DNA from: an uncultured Acidimicrobiia bacterium
GTDB taxonomy: Bacteria; Actinomycetota; Acidimicrobiia; Spongiisociales; JAENVV01
NCBI GenBank assembly: GCA_963847455.1
Contig: CAWKAG010000012.1
Span: forward strand, 6,156-70,155
Direction of reading: 5' to 3'
Length of the DNA: 64,000 nucleotides
Shown: positions 56,386 through 64,000 of the stretch, piece by piece
Layout of the letters: each line of letters opens with the position of its first letter
Numbering within the stretch: position 1 is the stretch's first letter
Translations under genes and position numbers: made by a program
The notes under the pieces: model-generated
The model's input: only the letters and a program-made list of their open reading frames with translations
Told to the model about the DNA's origin: nothing
Databases searched by the model: none

Positions 56386-57953
56386 CGGTCCGAATAGGTA
56401 GGGGCGGGCTCGAGACTGGTCAGGATGGCCAGCGCCTGGTTCCGGGCAGCTTCATCCGCTTGGGATCCGATCGCGCTGACGACTTCCAGTGGTACGCCGT
56501 TGTAGACCAGGGTCTCGACGCGGATTTGAGCGTCGACACCTTCCAGGCAACTTGATCCATAGTCCGGAACGATCGGGCCAAGCTGGCCCTCATCGAAATA
56601 CGACGGCCACTGCCGATCTGCTCGTGCCTGACTTACGGTGACGGACAGAACGACATCGTCGGGTCCCATGTTCCTTATTGCCGCCGCCGGGAACCGCCTG
56701 CATGTTTGGCCGTCGTCCAACGGGGATTCGAAAGTCGCCACCGCCAGGATGTTGGCGCGATCGGGATTCTGGTCTGGTGCACTCCAACCGGGTGGTGAGG
56801 CGAATTGCCAGCCGCCCGTGGTGCGATTTGTCCACTGCGTCGCCGGAACGGAGAGCATCTCGACCCGGGCGGAGTATTGATCGTCAACCAGAAGCTCGAT
56901 GTCAGCACCGGTCGAAACGATGTTGACCGTTGACGGGGCAGTGAAGGGTTCGCCAGGGACCTGCCGGTGACGTCGAGCACTCTGGCCGTCAGGGGAGTTG
57001 TTGCCAGCGATGCCAGGCTTGGAGTAGTAGCTCAGCGGGGGACTGAGATCCACCACCAGATTCCCACGAATGTCCGTTGGAGTGATGAGCTGACCGACTT
57101 CCTCTGGACTCAGCTGCGAATCTTCAGGCACCTTCAAGACGAAGCTGTAGAAGCCTCCGATGATGCGGACGGTCCTGTCTTCGACCTCGACGCGAGGAGC
57201 CCGTCGGTGCGGTGAGATCGACCAGAGTTGGCGACCAAACGGTTGGTCGGGACCTAGGGAGATGGCCGAGCCGACATCGAGATAGTCCTGCTGGGGGAGG
57301 CCACCTATGGCATACATTGCCCCATCGCCGAGCCAGCCCACGATCGGGGTGATAAGCGGGGCCGGGCAAACCTTGCCGAACTCCCGGTCGTACAGCGAGT
57401 CCTTGGTCAGGTCGACGGCCGTGCAACCACCGAACAACAGGTCGTCGGTCTTGTAGGCGGTTCCGGCTTCGGTATTCAAGACGAGGATGGGTTCGTCGAG
57501 ATCGGGCGAGGCGACCTCGTTCAACAGGTCTTTCATCGTCAGTGGTACCTCGTCCCATGTGATGGTGGGACCACCGGAACTGAGAACCAGATCGATCTCG
57601 TCGTAGTCGAATACTTCCGCACCGGCCGGCGGTGTCTGGGCCGATACGGTTCCGACCTTCACTTGCGGGTTGGCGATCCAACTGGCCCGCTCTACCGCTT
57701 TCCGATCGAGGCCGGCATCTCGGAGTTGGTTCCCGGCACCGATCAGGCTGCTCCCCCGCAGATCGGGCATTACCGCGATTGCGAGCCGCGGCGGTGTCGT
57801 TAGCTCAGCCGGGTTCGGGGTGGGTGACTCAATTGAGCCAAGGAGTATCCAGGCGGCGACAAGGGCACAACCGGCCGCGACGAGCAGAGAACCGGTAGGT
57901 CCTCGGCGAGCAGGGGGTTCCTCGTCGTACAGGATCCTTGTTTGGTCGGCCAT
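56382..57953 (-). CDS. Single-pass membrane protein: PASTA domain plus about 390-aa uncharacterised extracytoplasmic domain (paralog 1)
   Basis: A TM helix (LLVAAGCALVAAWILLG) is followed by a PASTA-like segment MPDLRGSSLIGAGNQLRDAGL...VSAQTPPAGAEVFDYDEIDLVLSSGGP. The rest is unassigned. The C-terminal region aligns along its length with the next gene. Confidence 0.7.
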   Translation of the reverse strand: MADQTRILYDEEPPARRGPTGSLLVAAGCALVAAWILLGSIESPTPNPAELTTPPRLAIAVMPDLRGSSLIGAGNQLRDAGLDRKAVERASWIANPQVKVGTVSAQTPPAGAEVFDYDEIDLVLSSGGPTITWDEVPLTMKDLLNEVASPDLDEPILVLNTEAGTAYKTDDLLFGGCTAVDLTKDSLYDREFGKVCPAPLITPIVGWLGDGAMYAIGGLPQQDYLDVGSAISLGPDQPFGRQLWSISPHRRAPRVEVEDRTVRIIGGFYSFVLKVPEDSQLSPEEVGQLITPTDIRGNLVVDLSPPLSYYSKPGIAGNNSPDGQSARRHRQVPGEPFTAPSTVNIVSTGADIELLVDDQYSARVEMLSVPATQWTNRTTGGWQFASPPGWSAPDQNPDRANILAVATFESPLDDGQTCRRFPAAAIRNMGPDDVVLSVTVSQARADRQWPSYFDEGQLGPIVPDYGSSCLEGVDAQIRVETLVYNGVPLEVVSAIGSQADEAARNQALAILTSLEPAPTYSDR

Positions 57954-57982
57954 TGCCTGTCGATTGTATGGCGAATCGCCCT

Positions 57983-59518
57983 TTACCGGTTATCGAGGTA
58001 GTCCGGCAGCGGCTCAAGACTGTCGAGGATCGCGAACGCCTGTTGGCGCGTCTCTCGGTCGATGTCGGGTCCGAATCCGATGACGATGTCGAGTGATCTT
58101 CCGTCATAAAATCGGCTGCTCGTTCTGATTTCGGCATCGAGGCCCTCAAGGCAATCGAGGTCGGGGTCCAGTGCAGAAACGGGTCCGACATCCTCGGGGT
58201 CAAAGTGCTCCAGCCATACTCTGAAGTCGAGGGAACTGCCGTGCGCCACGTAGACGAGGGCGTCCGTTGGGCCCACCTGGCGGAGTAAACCGACGGGGTA
58301 GAGGCCGCACCGTTCCCCGGTAGCGGTTGGCGCAAAAGTGGTGGCGCTGACCAGTTCCCTCTCCGACAACTGGCCCGACTGCCATACCCCCGGCAGGGCG
58401 TGCTGCCATTCGGTGTCTGCGGAATCGACGCGCTGCCAGGTGGAAGGTATCAGCGTGGTCACTTCCGTGCTGTCGATAAACGCCGGGCTGATCGTGATCG
58501 ATGACTCGGTTTCGCTGGCGATAACGTCTGCGTTGTCGAACCGTACGAGGGCGCTGCCGAAGTCCGACTCGACGAGTCCTGGGTGGCCAAACGTCAATGG
58601 TTCGGTCAGGTTCAAGACCAGGTTCCCGCGAATGTCGATCGGTTCGATGAGTGAGGAGAGCTGGCTGGCGAGTTCAACCTGGCCGGCGGTCCACACGAAA
58701 TACTCGTCATAGCCACCGACGATCCGGATCCCGTTGGCCTCGATCGTGACAGCCGGAAGGCGACGCACACTGCCAACGACCGACTGGATGTCCCAGAACT
58801 GCTCGTCGAGTTGCAGGAGTGCCGAAGACGACTTGTGGCCCTGGCGGGGAAGCCCTTCGATCGCAAACATGCCTCCGTTCGGCGTCCATCCGACGATGGT
58901 TTCGGGCGGACCGACCTTGCAGAGACCGTCAAAAACTCGATCATAAAAGGCGTTCTGCGCCAGCTCAACGGCGTTGCATGGCCCAAACAGGAGTGCGTCG
59001 GTCTTGTACACACGACCTGACCCGGTCTCGACCACCAAAACAGGCTCCGAACGGTCCGGGGTGTATTGGGTAGCGATGAGTTCCTGCAGGTCTATCGGTA
59101 CGTCGTCCCAGCTGATTACCGGACCGCCGGCGCTCATCACAAGGGTCACGACGTTGATGTCAAAGACCTCTGTGCCGGCGGGAGGAGACTGCAAGTAGGC
59201 CGCTCCGGCAGGGACCTCCGGATTGGCCAGCCACCTGGCCTGGCTGACGATGGTCGAGTCGAGCCCGGCATCTCGGAGGAGATCCACGACTTCAATGAGG
59301 TCCCGGCCGACGAGATCCGGCATGATCGCCAGCGGCTGCTGGGGAGGAGCAGTGATGTCTGGCAGGGAATCGGATGGTACGTCGACTGGTGAACCCACCG
59401 AACCAAGGAGCGCCATCGCCGCGATCACGGTCACCGCAGCCGCGATGAGTGTTCCGATTTTGGCCGCAGGACGTTCGGTCTGGTCCTCGAGAACGATGCG
59501 ATCGTCGTCTGCGCTCAC
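57983..59518 (-). CDS. Single-pass membrane protein: PASTA domain plus about 380-aa uncharacterised extracytoplasmic domain (paralog 2)
   Basis: GTG start. A TM helix (IGTLIAAAVTVIAAMALLG) is followed by a PASTA-like segment MPDLVGRDLIEVVDLLRDAGL...YLQSPPAGTEVFDINVVTLVMSAGGP. Conserved blocks shared with paralog 1 include YKTD.LLFG.C.AV, IVGW, DIRGNLV and CLEG.DA.IR. Confidence 0.7.
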   Translation of the reverse strand: MSADDDRIVLEDQTERPAAKIGTLIAAAVTVIAAMALLGSVGSPVDVPSDSLPDITAPPQQPLAIMPDLVGRDLIEVVDLLRDAGLDSTIVSQARWLANPEVPAGAAYLQSPPAGTEVFDINVVTLVMSAGGPVISWDDVPIDLQELIATQYTPDRSEPVLVVETGSGRVYKTDALLFGPCNAVELAQNAFYDRVFDGLCKVGPPETIVGWTPNGGMFAIEGLPRQGHKSSSALLQLDEQFWDIQSVVGSVRRLPAVTIEANGIRIVGGYDEYFVWTAGQVELASQLSSLIEPIDIRGNLVLNLTEPLTFGHPGLVESDFGSALVRFDNADVIASETESSITISPAFIDSTEVTTLIPSTWQRVDSADTEWQHALPGVWQSGQLSERELVSATTFAPTATGERCGLYPVGLLRQVGPTDALVYVAHGSSLDFRVWLEHFDPEDVGPVSALDPDLDCLEGLDAEIRTSSRFYDGRSLDIVIGFGPDIDRETRQQAFAILDSLEPLPDYLDNR

Positions 59519-59597
59519 CGCCGATCTTAGGGGCGGTTCGCGCTAAAAGGAACCGAAGTGCGTGCCTGGCGACGTTCTTGATCGGGCCGGCGGTCGG

Positions 59598-59996
59598 TCA
59601 GCGTGTGGCGGCTTTGCTCTGCACCATGATGCAAGGACCCGCCAGATACTCGAACTCGTTTGCTTCGAGGTATTCGATGATGGCCGAGCTTTCGCTGCCC
59701 GGCTGATACCAGATTCGTTTGTAACCCAGCTCGTTGGCCTGTTCCGCGATCGTGATGCCGACGTCGGCCGGGACAACAACATCGATGATGTCGGGCTGGC
59801 TAGGCAGGTCTGCCAGCGTCGCAAAGGCTGGATCGCCGTCGACCGTCTGCCTGGTCAGGTTCACTGGAAAAACGCGATAGCCCTTTCGCTTCAGATCCCG
59901 GTAGATTTTGCCACCGAATTTGAAGGGATCGTCGGTGGCACCGACGACCGCGATAGTTGAGTTGTGGTCGGCAAGCAGATCCTCAAAAGCACTCAT
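59598..59996 (-). CDS. CoA-binding domain protein (YccU/YneT-like)
   Basis: ORF 59598-60116, trimmed to MSAFEDLLADHNSTIAVVGATDDPFKFGGKIYRDLKRKGYRVFPVN, a CoA_binding_2 pattern. Confidence 0.8.
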   Translation of the reverse strand: MSAFEDLLADHNSTIAVVGATDDPFKFGGKIYRDLKRKGYRVFPVNLTRQTVDGDPAFATLADLPSQPDIIDVVVPADVGITIAEQANELGYKRIWYQPGSESSAIIEYLEANEFEYLAGPCIMVQSKAATR

Positions 59997-60009
59997 ATTG
60001 CGAGCCAGG

Positions 60010-60865
60010 CTAGCGATATTGTTGAACGAACTCGGCAAGGAATTCGAGATGCTCGGCAACTTCGGCCGGTTCTCCTTGAGGCAGCCCGAACAATGCTCGA
60101 GCAAAACCCGCCTCAATAAGCGGGTCGACGTACTTCACTTCTGGTCGAATCTGGAAGACGCCAAGTTCGATACTCGCCGGGTCGCGTCCGGCGTCCTCGG
60201 ATGCTCTCCGGAGGTGGGTTACCTGTTCGAGGACGGGGGTGCGACTGGCGATCGGCATCCAGCCGTCGCAGAATTCGATGATGTGCTGGAACGTCTTGGG
60301 CCCGCCTGACGAACCAAGTATCACCGGCGGGTGAGGCTTGGTGGTCGGTTTGGGCCACGACCAGCTCGAAGAGAAGTTGACGTGATCGCCGGCGAAGGCA
60401 GCTTCGTCCTTGGTCCACAACTCTTTCATGGCGAGGATCTTTTCTCGGACCACGGCCCGCCGTTCGGCGTATTGCACTCCGTGGTGAGCCATCTCCTCCT
60501 TGTTCCAGCCGTATCCGATGCCGAACAGGAGGCGACCGCCCGAGATCATGTCGAGCGAAGCGACTTCCTTCGCCAGCCAGATCGGGTCGCGCTGGGCGAC
60601 CAGGGTGATGCCGGTCCCTAGCTTGAGGGTGGTGGTGACGGCGGCGGCCGCCGCCAGCGCTACAAATTGATCGTGGGTGCGCCAGTATTGCTCGGGTAGC
60701 GGCGGCGCTCCCTGCTCTCCCGCCCCACGGCGTGGTGCGATCGGTGGGGATGTGGCTGTGCTCGGGAAACCACAGCGACTCAAAGCCGAGTTCCTCGGTA
60801 CGTTTGGCCAGATCCATCGGCTGCATGGTCGTATCGGTCGGGAAGATATTCACACCAAAATCCAT
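60010..60865 (-). pseudogene. LLM-class (luciferase-like, probably F420-dependent) oxidoreductase; reading frame broken once
   Basis: ORF 60113-60865 makes sense only for MDFGVNIFPTD...LWFPEHSHIPTDRTTPWG. ORF 60010-60783 carries the rest: ...QGAPPLPEQYWRTHDQFVALAAAAAVTTTLKLGTGITLVAQRDP... The join is at a C/G run at about 60710-60730. Confidence 0.8.
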
Positions 60866-60897
60866 CCCGCCACCCTACCAACCAACCTGATCGCTGG

Positions 60898-60920
60898 AAC
60901 CCTGGGTTTAACCCAGGGTT
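60898..60920. promoter_or_regulatory. Perfect 10-bp palindrome in divergent promoter region (candidate operator)
   Basis: AACCCTGGGT-tta-ACCCAGGGTT. It lies 33 nt upstream of the LLM gene ATG (60865, minus strand) and 115 nt upstream of the molybdopterin oxidoreductase ATG (61036). Neither side has a gene to terminate. Confidence 0.4.
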
Positions 60921-61035
60921 GCTACACGCGGATTCCGATAGTTGTGGCCCCGAGAATGGGTCGGTTGGGTGGCTGGTGCCCAGCGTGGGACGTCGTTTCA
61001 GCTCGTCCGGCGCTGACGAGCGCTACCGTTGACGC

Positions 61036-63246
61036 ATGACTACTACGTCGATCAGGACTTGCCCGCTCTGTGAGGCCACCTGCGGTCTCGAGCTGACTAT
61101 CGACGAAGGCTCGGTCAAGGTCATTCGGGGCGACAAGGACGATGTTTTCTCCCACGGGTTTATCTGCCCGAAGGGCACAACGCTCGGCCGACTACATGAG
61201 GATCCCGACCGACTCCGGATGCCGCTCATCAAGAAGAAGGGCGAGTTTGTCGAGGTGGGATGGGATGAGGCTATCGCCGCGGCCGGAGCAGGGCTTCGCC
61301 GCATCATTGACGAACACGGTGCATCGGCCACGGCCGCTTATGTCGGGAATCCCAACGTCCACAATCTCGCCGGCAGCCTGTACCTGCGACCGCTCCTCAA
61401 AGCCCTCGGCAGCCCGAACGTCTTCTCTGCTTCGACCGTCGATCAGATGCCCAAACACGTGTCGAGTGGTGCCATGTTTGGTAACCCTGATCTGATCCCG
61501 GTTCCTGACATCGATCGAACCGACTATCTCCTCATGCTCGGCGCCGATCCTCACGAATCAAACGGGTCTTTGGCGACGGCGCCGGATTGGCCGGGTCGCA
61601 TGGCGGCGATCCAGGAACGGGGTGGCAGGATCGTCACCGTCGACCCTCGAAAGTCCAAGACGGCCAAGGCCTCAGACGAGCATCTCTTCATCCGCCCAGG
61701 GACTGACGCCGCCTGGTTGGCTGCCCTGATCACGACTGTCCTTGAGGCGGGGGATCCTGAGCTGCCCGAATTCATGATCGGGCTGGCCGATGCCAAAGTG
61801 GCTCTGGCCGAGTTCACAGCCGAGTCGGTCGCCGCTGCTACGTCGATTCCCGCCGAGACCACTCGCCGCATTGCTGCCGAGTTCACGAACGCGCCTACCG
61901 CCGTCGCCTACGGGCGGATGGGCACCCACACAACGGAGTTCGGGACCCTCGCCTCCTGGCTGGCCGACCTCCTCAACGCGGTTAGCGGCAACCTTGATAC
62001 TCCTGGCGGTGCCATGTTCCCCCTGGCCGCCATCGTGACTCCCAAGACCGACCCCGGTGGGCGGGGATTCCAGACCGGTCGTTACCGATCCCGGGTTGGC
62101 AACCATCCAGAAGTGCGCGGCGAAATGCCTTCGGCCGCCCTGGTCGGCGAAATCGAAACGCCGGGCGAAGGTCAGGTCCGGGCGTTGGTGGTCGTCGGTG
62201 GCAATCCAGCCCGTTCCATCCCTGATTCGGCACGAGTCGAAGCCGCGCTCGACCAGCTGGAATTCATGGTGGCGGTAGACGTCTATCTGACCGAAACCGC
62301 CCGCCACGCCGACGTTGTGTTGCCGCCACCCTCGGTTCTCGAGCGTGCCCATTTCGATGTGGCGTTCACTTCGCTGATGGTGCGTAACACCGCCAATTAT
62401 TCACCACCTACGTTCGACAAGCCCGATGATCATCCAGCCGAATGGGAAATCCTCCTCGGTCTGACCGCCGCCATCCAGGGGAACGATCTGCCCGTCGATC
62501 ACATGGACGAAGCCGGGGCAGCAGCTCTCTTGGCCAAGGCGCTCACCAATCCGGCGTCGCCGGCATTTGGCACGGACCAGGTCGTCGCATGGGATGCGGT
62601 ATCGCGCTTCACGGGTCCGCAACGAATTCTCGACATACGCCTCCGGACCGGGCCATATGGCGACGGATTCGGATCCAACCCGGATGGACTCAGCCTTCAG
62701 AAGCTGATTGACAAACCGCATGGTATTGACCTTGGGCCTCTCGAACCCCGGCTCCCGCTGGCTTCCAACTGCACCGATGGCCAGGTCCACCTTGCCCCAC
62801 CCCAGTTCGTCGCCGATGTGCCCCGGTTGGCGGCGATCCTCGAGCGGACAGCGGATCCGTTCGTCCTGGTCGGGCGGCGGCAGCTTCGGTCGAACAACTC
62901 GTGGATGCACAACGTGGAAGTGCTCGTTAAAGGCAAAGACCGGTGCACGCTGATGATGAACCCGTCCGATGCCCACGCGCTGGGAGTCGAGGCGGGAGGC
63001 TCGGTGACCGTTAAGTCAGAGGCCGGTCAAGTCGATGCCCCGGTCGAGGTGTCCGACGACATCATGCCCGGCGTGGTTTCGCTGCCGCATGGCTGGGGCC
63101 ACGACGATGACCAGGCCCGGCTTCAGGTGGCGGCGAGGCGTCCGGGAGTAAATTCCAATATCCTCTCGGATCGATCCGCTTTGGACCCCCTCTCCGGTAA
63201 TGCTCGTCTCAACGGCATCCCTGTATCGCTTGCCAGGGTTGGCTGA
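61036..63246 (+). CDS. Molybdopterin (bis-MGD) oxidoreductase, formate dehydrogenase/nitrate reductase-like
   Basis: The N-terminal 4Fe-4S Mo/W-bisMGD motif is CPLCEATCGLEL...HGFICPKG. The protein is 736 aa with a C-terminal molydopterin-dinucleotide-binding barrel (...VSDDIMPGVVSLPHGWGH...). Confidence 0.9.
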   Translation: MTTTSIRTCPLCEATCGLELTIDEGSVKVIRGDKDDVFSHGFICPKGTTLGRLHEDPDRLRMPLIKKKGEFVEVGWDEAIAAAGAGLRRIIDEHGASATAAYVGNPNVHNLAGSLYLRPLLKALGSPNVFSASTVDQMPKHVSSGAMFGNPDLIPVPDIDRTDYLLMLGADPHESNGSLATAPDWPGRMAAIQERGGRIVTVDPRKSKTAKASDEHLFIRPGTDAAWLAALITTVLEAGDPELPEFMIGLADAKVALAEFTAESVAAATSIPAETTRRIAAEFTNAPTAVAYGRMGTHTTEFGTLASWLADLLNAVSGNLDTPGGAMFPLAAIVTPKTDPGGRGFQTGRYRSRVGNHPEVRGEMPSAALVGEIETPGEGQVRALVVVGGNPARSIPDSARVEAALDQLEFMVAVDVYLTETARHADVVLPPPSVLERAHFDVAFTSLMVRNTANYSPPTFDKPDDHPAEWEILLGLTAAIQGNDLPVDHMDEAGAAALLAKALTNPASPAFGTDQVVAWDAVSRFTGPQRILDIRLRTGPYGDGFGSNPDGLSLQKLIDKPHGIDLGPLEPRLPLASNCTDGQVHLAPPQFVADVPRLAAILERTADPFVLVGRRQLRSNNSWMHNVEVLVKGKDRCTLMMNPSDAHALGVEAGGSVTVKSEAGQVDAPVEVSDDIMPGVVSLPHGWGHDDDQARLQVAARRPGVNSNILSDRSALDPLSGNARLNGIPVSLARVG

Positions 63247-63704
63247 AAATCACTCGACTCAAAACTGCGGTCACGATCTCGGCCGTCTTCCTTAGCGCCA
63301 CCGGGTGTAGTGCCGCCGACCCCGATCGCATTGAGGCGCGGTGGCTGCTGGATTCGGTAGCGGTTGACGGTGTGTTCCGTGATCTCGAGCCGGATTTGTC
63401 ATCGCAAAACGCGCTGGGAGTTCCCGCCTGGTTTGAGTTCGAGCCGGACGGGAGTTTCGAAGGGAGCGGACCGTGTAATGACATCTCTGGTTCGTATGAC
63501 TTCGATGGCACAACGCTCGTGGCAATCGATGCCGTTCAGAGCGCTACAGCGTGTTCCACCGAAGACGTTTCTATGGAAGAATTCATGTCCTTGGAGAACC
63601 TGGTTTTCGAGGCCCTGATCGGGGTTGAAGTGCACTTCTCCAGTGACATCCGAATGCAGTGGCAAGGCGAGAACGCCATCGTGACTTTTCGGCGCCAACC
63701 ATGA
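63243..63704 (+). CDS. META (HslJ-like) domain lipoprotein; apparent non-canonical CTG start
   Basis: The ORF track starts it at GTG 63372. The same frame upstream encodes a complete lipoprotein signal, (L/M)KITRLKTAVTISAVFLSATGCSAADP. The only start-like codon there is CTG 63243, which overlaps the upstream TGA. The META motif is FEGSGPCNDISGSYDFDG...ATAC. Confidence 0.7.
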   Translation: MKITRLKTAVTISAVFLSATGCSAADPDRIEARWLLDSVAVDGVFRDLEPDLSSQNALGVPAWFEFEPDGSFEGSGPCNDISGSYDFDGTTLVAIDAVQSATACSTEDVSMEEFMSLENLVFEALIGVEVHFSSDIRMQWQGENAIVTFRRQP

Positions 63705-64000
63705 GATTCGAAGCGTCCGCGCGGTGGGTCAAGAAGCGGGCAGTCAGCTTGATCGTTCTAGTCCTTGCACTCATCATTGCGACCGCGGTCCTCATCGGCG
63801 TCTTCTGGGTTGTCAATGGCGAACTCCCGCCAGTCCTGGATCCCGAGCGAGCCGGGGTGAAGGCCCAGCTTGCCGACTTTTCTGTGAGCACGGACCTGCT
63901 GTTTGCCTACAACAGTGCTGAACTCGAAGCGGACGCTGTTCAGCGCCTCGATTCGATCGCCGGATACCTGGTTGACCACCCCACCTATCCGATCGTGGTT
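63701..64000 (+). CDS. OmpA/MotB-domain membrane protein (N-terminal part; runs off the right edge)
   Basis: Not in the ORF track because there is no stop in the window. ATG 63701 overlaps the previous stop as ATGA. The sequence MRFEASARWVKKRAVSLIVLVLALIIATAVLIGVFWVV forms a TM helix, and LLFAYNSAELEADAVQRLDSIAGYL is the start of an OmpA-like domain. Confidence 0.7.
   Translation, partial: MRFEASARWVKKRAVSLIVLVLALIIATAVLIGVFWVVNGELPPVLDPERAGVKAQLADFSVSTDLLFAYNSAELEADAVQRLDSIAGYLVDHPTYPIVV

Overview
The window is GC-rich and very gene-dense. It holds about 65 protein-coding genes with almost no intergenic space, and many start/stop overlaps of the ATGA, GTGA and TGATG type. It looks actinobacterial: F420/LLM- and PPOX-type enzymes, a leaderless-type promoter, a MoxR-DUF58-transglutaminase operon, a LigC/Prim-Pol pair, and Thr-rich secreted proteins. 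It is possibly Acidimicrobiia-like, at low confidence.

Content is mostly core and auxiliary metabolism:
- a form-I-type aerobic CO dehydrogenase cluster (coxM-coxS-coxL plus an XdhC-YHS gene)
- four aldehyde-dehydrogenase-superfamily genes and two GMC (choline-dehydrogenase-like) oxidoreductases
- acyl-CoA dehydrogenases, an enoyl-CoA hydratase and an acyl-CoA synthetase
- a molybdopterin oxidoreductase, Leu/Val-type dehydrogenase, AzlCD, an ABC-2 exporter and MFS/EamA transporters
- a large tandem-cyclase/STAND-ATPase/TPR signalling protein
- several secreted or cell-wall proteins (SLT-like, amidase_2, SH3b, PASTA, META, OmpA-like)

I saw no rRNA, tRNA, CRISPR, transposase, integrase or phage genes.

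The structure least explained by genes is a 47-nt hairpin-ended element. It occurs as identical tandem pairs at two distant loci (18343-18461 and 46899-47005), each time in the same orientation just upstream of an oxidoreductase gene.

Other items worth a look:
- a perfect-consensus leaderless promoter driving an RHH gene plus a TM-less T2SSF/TadB-like fragment
- two tandem paralogous PASTA-anchored proteins of unknown function
- complementary degenerate cyclase domains
- an XdhC-YHS fusion next to coxL

Important caveat: at least 7-8 otherwise well-conserved genes are broken by single-base frame shifts. This most likely reflects indel errors in the assembly rather than biology.
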